Positions 1 to 10,911 are shown, counted from the first letter of the stretch. The stretch is DNA of 64,000 nucleotides from Diplonema japonicum (GCA_964019335.1 OZ025726.1:248001-312000), one strand, 5' to 3'. Numbers and translations are program-made. Notes: generated by a model not told the origin, from the sequence alone.

Positions 1-363
1 CATTGGTATGGGGTATTCCTTTCCGTCCATTAGGATGGGGCCTGCCATGCCAACGGGCAGTGGGACGTAGCCGATGATGTTCTCGCAGTTGGAGCCCACT
101 ACGTTTGTGTAGTCGAAGCCCTCGAAGGGGACGTTGTCGAGGTTTGTAGACCCTTCCTTCGAGTGCATGTAGTCCTTGATGAACTCCCTCCTCACCTGGA
201 TCGCCCTCTGGTAGTCCGGGGCGTACCCCTTCTCCAGCTCGTGGAACTTTATGCTCTTCTCGTGGATTAGTTTTATCACTTCTTCGTTCGTTTTGTCTCT
301 TAGGCTCCCTGACGTCAGCATGCGGCGTGCATGCGCAAGTCGGGTACGTGCTGCGGGGATCAT
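1..363 (-). CDS. HMGR: HMG-CoA reductase (class I), 5' part; runs off the left edge of the window
   Basis: Manual translation from ATG 363: MIPAARTRLAHARRMLTSGSL...FDYTNVVGSNCENIIGYVPLPVGMAGPILMDGKEYPIPM. This includes the class I HMGR CENxIGYxxLP(V)G motif, just before the expected ATTEG. The N-terminus is Arg/Ala-rich and there is no membrane domain. Not in the ORF track because it is truncated. Confidence 0.95.
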   Translation of the reverse strand, partial: MIPAARTRLAHARRMLTSGSLRDKTNEEVIKLIHEKSIKFHELEKGYAPDYQRAIQVRREFIKDYMHSKEGSTNLDNVPFEGFDYTNVVGSNCENIIGYVPLPVGMAGPILMDGKEYPIPM

Positions 364-642
364 TTTTTTTTTTTTTTTTTTTTTTTAAACTTCCTTCGCC
401 TGTGTCTATTGAATTGGAATTGTTCTGACTTAGGGCAGTCACCGCAGGGAGTTTACTGTTTTACTTCTTTACGTCGACTGTGCTGTGCAGTGTGTCGAGG
501 GAGAGATTGTCCCCGCAAACCAGCTTCGGTTCGAGAAAAAAAAGGGGGAGATTCGATATGTAATGAAAGAAAGAAAGAAAGCTCCGTGTAGAGCTGCACG
601 GGGAGAGGAGGAGGGATAGAGGAAAAGAACAGAAGTTCTTCT

Positions 643-3600
643 CTACTTCTCAACGGTCAGCGCACGTCGCACCGCAGCTGGCAAGGAGCAGAACATCATG
701 TCTTTCTTTTTGCTGGCGATGGTCCGGACATAGGCCCCGAACTCCGTCGTGCAAACAGGCGGGTCTTGTGACCGCCGCCGATGCCGGCTCCCTCCGCTAG
801 AGGGCTTCTTCCTAGGCTGCTCGTACTGCACACTGTCCGTCTGCAACCTCGCGATGCCTGCTGTCAACGGGCGTTTAAACGGTTGGTGTTTCCAATTTGA
901 CACATGAACAGGGGGCGGGGGCGGGTGCTGGGGAGCATTGGTAAGGAGCTGCGGAGGGTATGGGATGACCTCCTCGATGAGGCTTTTCGCGGGTAAGGCC
1001 AACCCCATCAAAGTAGAAGCCTCAGGACCTGCTTCAGGGGTGGACACAGACACCTCACTACTGTTGGGAGTCAGCGTACTGCAAGAAGACTCCATCTCAC
1101 TAGCTGTACCCGACACTTTTGACAGTGCTCCTGACAGGGTCGAGGGTGCTCCCGACGCAGGTGTGTGAGGCGATTCTAACCGTGATTCTTCATGGACGGG
1201 GGAGTTTTCTGGGCTGCTGTTGAAGGGGGTGAACTTTGTCGTGATCTGGAGCATGGACACAGACTGCTTGTTGATGGGCGAGACAAGGTTTTCCCTCCAG
1301 CTGGGGCGCTTCTCCTTCTTCGCAAGAACAAGCTCTCCGTTTTTTTCACCTGAATCGTTGATGTTCCCGCTCTTGTAGTTACTGCTGTTGTTGTTGTTGT
1401 TATTGTTGTTGTTGTTGTTGTTATTATCGCCGTTTTTGTTGTTGTTGTTGTTGTTGTTGTTATTGTTGTTATTGTTATTGCTGTTATTGTTGTTATTATC
1501 GCCATTTTTGTTGTTGTTGTTGTTGTTCTTATTGGCATAGGTGCTGCTGTTTTTGGGCGTGTTGCCGCCCATACTGTCCTCCGAGCTGCCCTCAATAACG
1601 TCAATAGCACAGGCCAGCTCCAGCTTCCTTGGAGGGGTTGCCTTCGCATCAGTATTCTTCTGTGACTCAACTGCCTTTTTTTTCACTTCACCAGATTTCT
1701 TCCGCCCCACAGACATGTTGCTAAGGTTGCTAAGGTTGCTAGCACTCCTGATGCTGCCCCGATTCACGTTTGAGCTGGGTCGCAGCATGCTGCCGTGGCT
1801 GCTTCGGGACTTTGCGGAGGTCCGGCGTGTCTTGGTGGTCCTTGTGGCCTGTGCGTTCTCTATCAATGAACAAAAAACGTTTACAAGCATGGCTTTGAGC
1901 GAATCGTGGGTTTTACACTCCGGAAGCGAAAGTCCCGACATCAAAAGCTCTCCTGTGTCTATGGCTTCAAGGTACTGTGTCTCAGTGATTTGATACGCGT
2001 CCTTGAAGCCCGAGAGCTGCAATTGCTTATCTCGGTTTCGTATGGCCTCCGTCATCGCCTTTACAACCCTGCCCCCGTCAACCGCTAGTTTAGACAATTC
2101 CATGTACCTCCCCACGATCGTGTTTGATCGGTTTTTAAGAAATGTGCTCGCTTTTTTCGGCACTGGGCTTGCGAAGCCAGGAAGATCCTCCGGTGTGACC
2201 CCTGGTAGTCGCTTTCTCAAATACCACGGCCTCAACCACAAATACCCTCCCGTCAGCTCTTCGAAGATCGGTTTGTAGCATCCCACTCCCAACGTTACCT
2301 CTTGACCGTAAAATGGTTTCTCGTCGATGTCCTCCGTAGTTGCTACTTTGCAGCATGCTGTCATCAACGTAAGGCCCTTCGGTGTCCTCCCCAACATGCA
2401 GATCAGCCGTTTCATCTCTTCCCCGCCGACTGTGGCGGTCTGTTCATTTATGAGAGTGACTTCGTTATGCACTGCAATGGTGGCTTTGGGTGCTTGGTTC
2501 GGATTGTTTTCGTAGCTACGCATGTTGAGCGTGTCGTCTCCAGTAGGGTACTGCTGTACTAAGAGCTGCAGATGTATCCAAAGAGAGAAACTTCTTGCGT
2601 CGGACGGGCTGTCTGTAGCAAGTGTTGTTGCAAACTGCGACATCCACGGCAAGCTCTCTTCCATCGCCACTTTACGTAGACTTGGAAAATTTTGTAAACC
2701 CTGCTCAAGGACCCGAAGTAGCACATCCCGTTGAAAGGGGGTTGCGTCACCATGGCACGGGTGGAGGTCCAGCAACAACACGGTGACAAGGTCTGTGAGA
2801 GGCGGGGGTTCGATAGATTCGGTTCCCCACCAGTATTCAGGTAGATCCCGCGGTACAGAGCTTGGTCCTGGACACCTCCCTACCCTTGTCGTCTCTAACA
2901 CTTCGTAGCACCTTGTCTTCGAGACCTGCGTTGTGTGGTACCCCTCAAGGCTCTTCATCACCGTTTCTGTGACCAGCGTCTGCCCGAGCCTGCAAGATGC
3001 CACGCCTTTCGACGACGTGGACTTGTCGATGTCGTCTAGCTCGTACTTCAACTCTGACACGAACCCTGACACAGGAGGATAGTTCTCTTCCCAGTCTTTC
3101 CACAATCCTTGGAGCTCGGTAGACCACTTCTTTACTGCTGCGTACTGCCGCACCCCTCCGATGAAATCCACAGCATTGCGGTGCTTTCTGAATGCCACCA
3201 TCCACATCATGAACACTGGCTTCTCGTGCAGGATGACGCCTTCGTAGAGCGTGCAGCACCCCACGACACAGCTGACCATCTTCTCTATGCAGGCTGCGAA
3301 TAATGAGTGGTCTAGTTTCTGGAGAGCGATCCCGCCTGGTACTGTTAAACTGACAAGACAAGCTTCCGGGCTGCTCAAAGGTTTCGGCAAGTACTCAGTG
3401 CGGCCTGCCCACGTTACGTCCACATTATTCTTGTAAATGTTGACCAGTGTCATGGCCAGCCTGTAGACCTCGTATCCTCTGTACTGCATTCCCTGCGGTG
3501 TGACAGCGAACTCGGTTCCTTTCGGCAGCATCTCCATGGCAGTGATGACGGGTGGCAGCCTCGATGTGTTGATCTGCTGCTGCAGGAACTCGAAACACTT

Positions 3601-6600
3601 CGTCGCGTCCATTTCGCTGCGGAACGCCGCGACTAGGTAGTGCAGGCCCCTCATGACCTCTACTCCCTTCAGATCGGAAACGGTTGCAGACGCCAGATCT
3701 ATTCTGGAATCTTGCCCGCCTCCAATGTAACACAGTACCACTGGTGCTATTGACGTACAAAGCAACTGAAAAAGCGGGGTTTCTAACCGCACTAAAGCTT
3801 GGCTGTTCTTATTAGTCATGAAGGTGTCTTGTGGGCTCAGTGTGACAGGTGATAGTGAAAACACAGCAGAGCAATAGGTGTGGTTCAGGCGCACTGCAGG
3901 CTGCTCATACCACCCGTAGCCTGGCACGGTGGTTGTTGTGAGGATGGCACCCGGCGGTGCCGCAAGAGCTGTTCTGAGAGTCTTCGAAAGGGTAACTCCA
4001 TACATCCTCAGACCCTCCCCGTCGGACTGCGTGCAGTAATTCCCTTTGTGGATTCCTATTTGTGTTACTGCCGTCGACACTTGTTTAGCATATTCGAGGC
4101 ACTCTCCACCCTCGCGGAACCACGACATGTGATAAGTACTCCAGTCTCGTTTGTCGGTCACCACCCGGGTGCCCCCGTATACCGTGCTCCATTCTACTAA
4201 GGTGTGTTCCGCCCCACCAATCACCACAGCAAACCACAGTTCATTAGTGTCGATGGCAGCTCTTTTCACGACAGGCAGCGTGAGTGAGAAGACATCGCAC
4301 ATGCGGGTGTCGGCCATCCTCGTATGATGAACCGACGGGAAGAGTCCCATCTTCCCAGTGTTGCACGCCAATGCGGAGGCGCAGAATGACAGGGGGTAGT
4401 TGGCACCCCATGTAAGTGTTTTTAAATTGTCGCGCACATCATCAACAGCACCGGGGGACACAATGGTTATGCCCGGAGTGGAGAAGCCGCAGAGGTCCAC
4501 ACACTCCTTCGTGCCGTCGTCGTAGACGAGCTGGCCGTCCACGATGGTGTACCGTGTATCGCAGGTGGTCAACGACGAGTAGACGGTCAAGCCACGCGAG
4601 ACGAAAGTATTGCTGCCTTGGCACCCACCGACAGTCTTGCTGTTCTTCACCGGCCTCCCTTCGAAGGATTGCAGTACGGAAGCAGGCCACGCGGGTTCTA
4701 CAAGACATGCTTCGACAATACTCAACACGACTGCCATGGCTGCTGGAACCGACTCGATGCTCATCAAAGCTGCGCCCACGGAATTCCAGTGGAACATCAC
4801 ACCCTGCTTGGAGAAAGCCCCGAGACTCTTCATACAAACGTACCTGAATATGGACAACGACAGGTGCAGATCGGTGTCCGACAATCCTTGTGGGACCAAT
4901 GGCTTCACGCAAACAAAAGTGACCCTCCCGGTTGGTATCACGGGTAGTCGCAGACGTTTCTCTTCTTTGTTTTTGCAGAGAAAGCAATCTTTGTCCGGTT
5001 CTTGACTGGACGTCTCCAGCTGGGTGATGATGAGCTGAGCCACGTCCCGTGTCCAGTCCTTGATTTTAACACGTGGTGCTTCCTTGGCAGCGTGGGGGTG
5101 GGTAGCCTTCATGGCTGCGACTGCATTACTTATTTTGCTTGAAAGGTTCAACGTGAGCCGTGATTCGACAAACACCCCGCTACCTGGTATCGCACTGCAT
5201 AACCCTGACGCGATGCGCATCTTCTCCCCGTTGAGCACTGTGTTCCCTTCGCTGTCGTCTTCGAGGCGCAGCAGATCAGAGGGCGAGACTTCGACCATAC
5301 TGACGCGCCATACCGATGAGGGCGTGGGGCTCACGGTGCCCACAGTCCTGCTGTTCAGCAGGAACATTAAGACGCTGGCGACATCCTTGAACAGAATGCC
5401 CCATTGGCCGTCGTTGAACCCGTTCATCACGTACCCGCCCAGCTTGCTTGCTTCCTCCTGTAGCTTCCCCCCACACTCGAATGGTACACCAGACACACAC
5501 GAGTACACGTATGACACGTTGCCCACAGGAGGGACAGTCCTTTGTGTGATTTTGGTTCGCCACCACGCGTAAGCCAAGCATGGTCCATGCAGTGCTTGTC
5601 CAGTGTGATGTATCTGTGACGGTGCCGCTATGACAGCAACAGGCGTGACCTTCTCCGTGTTGCTGTGTGGTGGCATTGAAAACGCCGCGACCTTTACGTT
5701 CGTCGGGTTCCCTGGATGGGTGATCTTGTGATGCTGCAGGCAGCTGGAGTCCATGCGCTCTGTCGGCAACAGGAAACAGAATGGCGGGCAGAGCTTTAGC
5801 AGGAAATGTGGTCTGTCGAGATACTCGCATGCGCCTAGCGCGGGGTGCACAGGTATGCAATCTACCACAAGTCTCATCGACTTCATTTCCTTGTGGGCAG
5901 CCCAAGGCACGGCACGGGCTGAGCTAAGCAGCGACACGCAGAAACTTATCAAATCTTCGATTTGCTTGAACGATGCCAAGAATGCAGACCCCGGCATGTC
6001 ATTACTTGTACACTCCTCCAGACCATTGCACCTGTCAAGCGTCGACAAGAACAGCACTTCCCACAGGCCCATGGACTCCTCCGCCAGGTCGACCTCACCC
6101 AAGCACACGTACTGCCTACTGGGTTTTACAATAACCGCTTCCTGTGACAGAACCCTTGCAGGCGGAGCTGTCACATACGGAATTTGTCCTGACGGAGGTA
6201 TCAAGAGTCCCCTGACCATGTCATAGGCACCAAGTCGCCAGTCCTCAGTTTCTTGCAAGTTGATCAAGCCAGGCCATTTTTCTAAAAGGCTCGCTTCTTT
6301 GGGCGAGAGACATCCAGAGAGTACTTCTGTGGAGATGAGATGCTGGCTGACGAGGAGCTGCCCCGGCTCGCCAAGGGAAAGGTATTGCGGCTCGAGGCTG
6401 TACGTGTAGTAGGAGTCGTGGACAGTGAGGAGGGGAGTGGTCTCGGTAACCATGATGGACGGGATGGGAATGCCAGACTCCAAGCCAAGCTCCCCGCAGA
6501 GCAAAGTGATGTCCTGCGACCAGCTGATGTTGGAAAGAGATTCAATAACTAGCTGGCCCCATCTGACAGCAGCATGAGACGTAGAGAAGACAGCAGCGCC

Positions 6601-9600
6601 CCGAAGGCAAGGGCTTTGTGGATCCATGACAAGGACGCCCTCAAGGCCCTCTGCAATCGCGTTGAGAGTCGCCCAAAACAAGCGGCAGACTTCTTCTAGA
6701 TTGACGATGTCCGCGAATTCAGTAGCGCTGAACACAGCTTGCCACCGCTTGTCTCTGTGGCCACGTTTCGGCACCATTGGGGGGAGTAGTGGGCCTTCGA
6801 CGGCATCATACGGCAGAGTGTGCATAGGCACAATCCTCGACACAGTTTGCCAGGGCTTGGTGTAGAGTTGCGGGGTCGTGACTGTGTAGCATGTGTTGGA
6901 TCCCGGGACCTTTGTGAGTGTCAGCACTTCACCTACTGGAAGCGAGGCCTGAACGGCAGGTAAACAGTTAGCGGTGCTTTGAATGTCAACATCCCTGACC
7001 ACAATAGTATGCATGGGGGTCGAGCTGACAGCATGATGCGCCCGCCTCATAGCGGACCCATAATAGTATTCCTTGGTGTGGAACAGCGTGCCTTCCACAA
7101 CAGCGAAACAACACTGCGTGTTGACGCCGATTCGTTCGTCGAGGGCTCTCAGCGCAGCCTTCGCACGAAGGGTGTACTGCAGGGCGTGTTCGATGGACCA
7201 GAACCCAGCAACGAAGGAGCCTTCGGATATACTGCTGTAGACCTCTATCCCTGTTGCGTGGCCCGTGATACACTGCAGCACAAAGAAGGTCTGCGGAAGG
7301 GTTTTTCTAACGCTCCGTGCGGAGTCTACATAACACCACACGACGCAGGCCCACCCGTTTATGACGCACTGTGCTGGGTAGGTGTTGTCGAGACGGTCCA
7401 ACATCTCAGCACTCCCTTCGACATCGTCGGGTACTATCCTGCATGTCTTTGTGTCATCGGGGACCTTTCCAGCGAGAAGCTTTACCTGCCAAGGAACAAG
7501 CGGTGCTGCAACCGCCGAGACGGCATCGGTGATTTGCAAAGGTGTGCTGAGCAACGATGCAACAGTGCCCGACCCAAGTATCTGGCACCCGCCTGCCGCC
7601 TCAGCCAACATCAGCCCCCAGTTCACGATGTCTCTACAGTACAAGAAGCCTTCTTTGGTTACGTGTGGCATGCTTTTGCCTTCTGTCACGGAAAGCCGGA
7701 CACCATGCTCCAAACCCCACTTCTCTGTTACCGTGATAACGATGAGACACGCAGTACGTGCAGCCTGTATCAACGTATTTGTGGCAATTGTATACATGCA
7801 ATTCCATGGGTGGTGCAGGGTTGCATACCCATTGCACTCTTCTGCAGCGGCTAGTATCAACGCGTCCAGCGGTGCCCGGAGGCACTCCACCACTGGGGAC
7901 AGGACAGTCACAAGCCCTATGGTCCCAGACGGTGGCGGGTTGTGTCGCAGCAGGTGGTCAAACGCCATGAGGGAGCCTGGGTCTTCACAGTACCCATGTG
8001 GGAAAAGAGACGACGAAGAGGACTCGTTGGTTTCTTCATCCCATTCCTTCGCTTCGTTTACTTTATAGTACCTCGAGATCGAAACACAGCTGCAAAGGGC
8101 AAGGACGAAGATACCTAAGGCCCCGTCAGTTTCCCTTATCGTCTCTGTTCCAACGTCTTGGAATGTTTTTTCTACTTGTAGTGTGTAAAGGCTTGTCTGG
8201 GAACAGGCGTGAGCTACCTCCGCTTTCAAAATGGTGTCTTCGTTCGGCTCATCATAAATTGTGTCCAGCAGGGCGCCGATCCTGTCCACGTCCACATATC
8301 CACTGACGTCACGACAGTCTTGTAGTTTCGGAAGCTTTTTACCCCCAGCAGCAACGAGCTTTCTCAAACATTCTTGCATGGCCTCTTCTTGCGCTATGTT
8401 TTGTTCCACGCATTCACCGAGCCGGGTTTGGCACATATCCAAGTTCGCCTCCTTCTCCACAATCTGCTTCAACAAGCTGTCCACGTACCCCTGCTTCATC
8501 GCAGACTCTGTTTTGCGCATTGACCCCTCCCGCTCTTTCCGCGAGAAGGATTGCCTTTGCTTCAACGGGGCGTCTTCTATCAAGAACGGTGAGCATGCAG
8601 CATCACGTGTTTCAACCTTTGGTCGGGGGGAAGGCGCGGGGCTGTGAGGTTCTGTCTGTCTGACAGATGACCGCCTACGGTTCACCGCGACTGCTGATGA
8701 CGCCCTAGTAGATGACTGACGCGACACGGGACGTGTAGAAGTGGAGCGCTCCTGCTGAGGAGGGTCATGGTAGCGGAAAGACGAACCTCGCCGGGTCTCC
8801 TGGAAAGAATCTCGAACGTCGGGCTCAAAAATCGACACAGACTCGGGCACCTCCGGTACAGGTGCAGGTGCAGGTGCAGGCACAGGCGTTGAGGGTTTTT
8901 CAGCAACGACTTCCCTGGTAACTATGCTCTCCTCTTCGTTCCCCGCTTTCGCCGCATTCATAGGTACCAACTCCAACTGCAGTTCGAGAGTTTCGATATT
9001 GTCTGTGAGCTCTGTGATGGTGTTTTGCTGTGCGGAGATCCGGCTGGTCAGCATCGCAACGTTTGACACAGAAGACGCGTCCTGCGCGTGAAGCTTTGCA
9101 TAGATGTCCTTTTGGTAGAGCAGGGCTTCGTTCCGCACGGTTAACTCTTGTTGTTGGACCTGGACCTCTTCTTGTAGGCTTGCGATGCATGATGTGTGCT
9201 CGGCGACCTCTTGTTTCATCTCCTTTACTTGTTTGGTAAGGTACAGCTCGCGTGCGCGAAATGTGTTTTCGACTTTGCCGATCTCACGTCGTTTCTCAGC
9301 TTCGATCATCTGTCGGATTAGCTCCATCTTCTGGACTTCTTGTTCCGACTCGAAGACCTTGAAGATATCGAAATGGCTTACGTCTTTTTCTTTTTCTTCT
9401 TCAGTTGTGCCGGCACCGCTTTGCGTTTTGAGCAGAACCAGTTCTTTGTAGATCGTGTTGCGGATGTCTTCTAGCTGCGCGGATTTTTTCAAGATTGTTT
9501 TCTTGAGATCCTCCTCGCTTGCTTCGAGTGTGGCGATCTTCTCCTTAAGACACTGTACCTGTTGAGATGTGTCTGCCATCTTCCTCGACATAGCGAGGAT

Positions 9601-9954
9601 GTTCTGCGGGGCCCACTTCGACACAACCTTCATTTCCTGCAGTTCTCTGTGGGAGGGTTTGTTAATCGTGCTTGCGACGATCCCTCCGAAGGCGTCCGGG
9701 AGTAGCTTCTCGAGTTCTGTTATGATCGCGTGTCGGTCTTCCACGTCGTCCGCGTGTTTCAATTCAGTGAGCTTTCCTGTGATGCGCTCGGAGGCAAACC
9801 CAACCTCTCGAAGGACCTCGCTGTGTTTCTCTTCCTCCTTCGCCGCCATCGCCAACGACAACCCGGCGAATGCATTGCCGTTGTCAGCTTCGGAGAGAGA
9901 TGCGATATTGATGCTTCGCGATCGTCTAGCAGGGCCATCGTTGACTTTGAGCAT
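643..9954 (-). CDS. 3103-aa protein: N-terminal coiled coil, about 9-10 tandem degenerate class III nucleotidyl-cyclase-like domains, Asn-rich disordered tail
   Basis: Uninterrupted 9.3-kb ORF. Recurring N-terminal cyclase-strand motifs (PPSGTIGLV, PPVGNVSYV, IPTGRVTFV, PPLTDLVTVLLLD) and C-terminal 'YxGxxxxxAxR...xxGQxLxS'-like motifs (YYGSAMRRAHH...HTIVV, MYGVTLSKTLRTALAAPPGAILTT, GEPGQLLVS, GGCQILGS). Confidence 0.7.
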   Translation of the reverse strand: MLKVNDGPARRSRSINIASLSEADNGNAFAGLSLAMAAKEEEKHSEVLREVGFASERITGKLTELKHADDVEDRHAIITELEKLLPDAFGGIVASTINKPSHRELQEMKVVSKWAPQNILAMSRKMADTSQQVQCLKEKIATLEASEEDLKKTILKKSAQLEDIRNTIYKELVLLKTQSGAGTTEEEKEKDVSHFDIFKVFESEQEVQKMELIRQMIEAEKRREIGKVENTFRARELYLTKQVKEMKQEVAEHTSCIASLQEEVQVQQQELTVRNEALLYQKDIYAKLHAQDASSVSNVAMLTSRISAQQNTITELTDNIETLELQLELVPMNAAKAGNEEESIVTREVVAEKPSTPVPAPAPAPVPEVPESVSIFEPDVRDSFQETRRGSSFRYHDPPQQERSTSTRPVSRQSSTRASSAVAVNRRRSSVRQTEPHSPAPSPRPKVETRDAACSPFLIEDAPLKQRQSFSRKEREGSMRKTESAMKQGYVDSLLKQIVEKEANLDMCQTRLGECVEQNIAQEEAMQECLRKLVAAGGKKLPKLQDCRDVSGYVDVDRIGALLDTIYDEPNEDTILKAEVAHACSQTSLYTLQVEKTFQDVGTETIRETDGALGIFVLALCSCVSISRYYKVNEAKEWDEETNESSSSSLFPHGYCEDPGSLMAFDHLLRHNPPPSGTIGLVTVLSPVVECLRAPLDALILAAAEECNGYATLHHPWNCMYTIATNTLIQAARTACLIVITVTEKWGLEHGVRLSVTEGKSMPHVTKEGFLYCRDIVNWGLMLAEAAGGCQILGSGTVASLLSTPLQITDAVSAVAAPLVPWQVKLLAGKVPDDTKTCRIVPDDVEGSAEMLDRLDNTYPAQCVINGWACVVWCYVDSARSVRKTLPQTFFVLQCITGHATGIEVYSSISEGSFVAGFWSIEHALQYTLRAKAALRALDERIGVNTQCCFAVVEGTLFHTKEYYYGSAMRRAHHAVSSTPMHTIVVRDVDIQSTANCLPAVQASLPVGEVLTLTKVPGSNTCYTVTTPQLYTKPWQTVSRIVPMHTLPYDAVEGPLLPPMVPKRGHRDKRWQAVFSATEFADIVNLEEVCRLFWATLNAIAEGLEGVLVMDPQSPCLRGAAVFSTSHAAVRWGQLVIESLSNISWSQDITLLCGELGLESGIPIPSIMVTETTPLLTVHDSYYTYSLEPQYLSLGEPGQLLVSQHLISTEVLSGCLSPKEASLLEKWPGLINLQETEDWRLGAYDMVRGLLIPPSGQIPYVTAPPARVLSQEAVIVKPSRQYVCLGEVDLAEESMGLWEVLFLSTLDRCNGLEECTSNDMPGSAFLASFKQIEDLISFCVSLLSSARAVPWAAHKEMKSMRLVVDCIPVHPALGACEYLDRPHFLLKLCPPFCFLLPTERMDSSCLQHHKITHPGNPTNVKVAAFSMPPHSNTEKVTPVAVIAAPSQIHHTGQALHGPCLAYAWWRTKITQRTVPPVGNVSYVYSCVSGVPFECGGKLQEEASKLGGYVMNGFNDGQWGILFKDVASVLMFLLNSRTVGTVSPTPSSVWRVSMVEVSPSDLLRLEDDSEGNTVLNGEKMRIASGLCSAIPGSGVFVESRLTLNLSSKISNAVAAMKATHPHAAKEAPRVKIKDWTRDVAQLIITQLETSSQEPDKDCFLCKNKEEKRLRLPVIPTGRVTFVCVKPLVPQGLSDTDLHLSLSIFRYVCMKSLGAFSKQGVMFHWNSVGAALMSIESVPAAMAVVLSIVEACLVEPAWPASVLQSFEGRPVKNSKTVGGCQGSNTFVSRGLTVYSSLTTCDTRYTIVDGQLVYDDGTKECVDLCGFSTPGITIVSPGAVDDVRDNLKTLTWGANYPLSFCASALACNTGKMGLFPSVHHTRMADTRMCDVFSLTLPVVKRAAIDTNELWFAVVIGGAEHTLVEWSTVYGGTRVVTDKRDWSTYHMSWFREGGECLEYAKQVSTAVTQIGIHKGNYCTQSDGEGLRMYGVTLSKTLRTALAAPPGAILTTTTVPGYGWYEQPAVRLNHTYCSAVFSLSPVTLSPQDTFMTNKNSQALVRLETPLFQLLCTSIAPVVLCYIGGGQDSRIDLASATVSDLKGVEVMRGLHYLVAAFRSEMDATKCFEFLQQQINTSRLPPVITAMEMLPKGTEFAVTPQGMQYRGYEVYRLAMTLVNIYKNNVDVTWAGRTEYLPKPLSSPEACLVSLTVPGGIALQKLDHSLFAACIEKMVSCVVGCCTLYEGVILHEKPVFMMWMVAFRKHRNAVDFIGGVRQYAAVKKWSTELQGLWKDWEENYPPVSGFVSELKYELDDIDKSTSSKGVASCRLGQTLVTETVMKSLEGYHTTQVSKTRCYEVLETTRVGRCPGPSSVPRDLPEYWWGTESIEPPPLTDLVTVLLLDLHPCHGDATPFQRDVLLRVLEQGLQNFPSLRKVAMEESLPWMSQFATTLATDSPSDARSFSLWIHLQLLVQQYPTGDDTLNMRSYENNPNQAPKATIAVHNEVTLINEQTATVGGEEMKRLICMLGRTPKGLTLMTACCKVATTEDIDEKPFYGQEVTLGVGCYKPIFEELTGGYLWLRPWYLRKRLPGVTPEDLPGFASPVPKKASTFLKNRSNTIVGRYMELSKLAVDGGRVVKAMTEAIRNRDKQLQLSGFKDAYQITETQYLEAIDTGELLMSGLSLPECKTHDSLKAMLVNVFCSLIENAQATRTTKTRRTSAKSRSSHGSMLRPSSNVNRGSIRSASNLSNLSNMSVGRKKSGEVKKKAVESQKNTDAKATPPRKLELACAIDVIEGSSEDSMGGNTPKNSSTYANKNNNNNNKNGDNNNNNSNNNNNNNNNNNNNNKNGDNNNNNNNNNNNNNSSNYKSGNINDSGEKNGELVLAKKEKRPSWRENLVSPINKQSVSMLQITTKFTPFNSSPENSPVHEESRLESPHTPASGAPSTLSGALSKVSGTASEMESSCSTLTPNSSEVSVSTPEAGPEASTLMGLALPAKSLIEEVIPYPPQLLTNAPQHPPPPPVHVSNWKHQPFKRPLTAGIARLQTDSVQYEQPRKKPSSGGSRHRRRSQDPPVCTTEFGAYVRTIASKKKDMMFCSLPAAVRRALTVEK
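1380..1530 (-). repeat. (AAC/AAT)n coding microsatellite encoding poly-Asn, with an internal duplication of NNNNKNGDNNN
   Basis: (TTG/TTA)n runs on the + strand; the unit ttatcgccRtttttgttgttg occurs twice. Confidence 0.95.
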
Positions 9955-9979
9955 TTCATGTGTTGGTCATGTGTGGTAT

Positions 9980-10010
<31 letters not shown>

Positions 10011-10049
10011 CTTGAAGAAAAAAAAAAAATTAAAAGAAAGGAGAGAAGA

Positions 10050-10688
10050 CTAAACTTTCATCTTTTTTTTTTCAAAGATTATCGCGCACGAAGGGCACGG
10101 GGAAGGGGTCAACCGCCATCGTTTGGACGGGTTGGATCTGTGTTGGGGGGAAAACGTAAGAGTTTTTGATGAAAAGGTGTTGTAAAGCTGGAATCGACCC
10201 GGCGAAATGCGGGAGATCGCCCACCGCTCAGTCGGCGTGGAGTTCGGGGTCCAGTGAACGGCGCCCCCCCTGGCCGCACTGAGGTGCATGACAACACCTC
10301 TTTTGTTCATCGACGAAACAACGTAACCGGTTTTCGGTTGCTTTTGAATAATGATCTCCCCGTCACCCGGGGGGCGTAGCGGGTCATCGACTACCATACC
10401 CAGACGCATTCCCTTTATCTTCAATTCCACATCCACCACATCCTCCACATCCTGGCAATACACGTTCAGCCGCCGTGGTTGCTTCCTTCCTTTGAACACC
10501 GTTGTCCAACCTTTAGGTATAAGAACCCCTGCCAGCATCATGACCACAATCAACAACCGGTAGCCTAAAATGCATTTCACCGTGTTGCTGGTCGGCTTGC
10601 TGTTCTGAGATATAAAATAGGACGGGGTAGAGCTAGACTGGAGAGGCGTGAGAAGGGGACGGAATGTTCCCCATCGGTCTGCTGACAT
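10050..10688 (-). CDS. Hypothetical 212-aa protein with one hydrophobic segment and a possible partial beta-trefoil-like C-terminus
   Basis: ATG follows an A-tract and the ORF has coding-like composition. Hydrophobic stretch LLIVVMMLAGVLI; repeated E/KRW motifs (TERWAI, SKRWRL). The fold is a guess. Confidence 0.55.
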   Translation of the reverse strand: MSADRWGTFRPLLTPLQSSSTPSYFISQNSKPTSNTVKCILGYRLLIVVMMLAGVLIPKGWTTVFKGRKQPRRLNVYCQDVEDVVDVELKIKGMRLGMVVDDPLRPPGDGEIIIQKQPKTGYVVSSMNKRGVVMHLSAARGGAVHWTPNSTPTERWAISRISPGRFQLYNTFSSKTLTFSPQHRSNPSKRWRLTPSPCPSCAIIFEKKKMKV

Positions 10689-10858
10689 TTCCTTTTTTTT
10701 TTTTCTTTTTCTTTTTTTATTTTTCTAGAAAAATGCGTGTGTATATGAACCCCATTCTGTATTTTTTTTTTTTTGATTGGTGCTGTATAACAGGCGAATA
10801 GAGAACTTACTTCACAATTGTGTGATAGGAAAGTGTGGAAACACCTCGAGACGCATTT

Positions 10859-10899
<41 letters not shown>

Positions 10900-10911
10900 C
10901 CCGTTTCTTTT

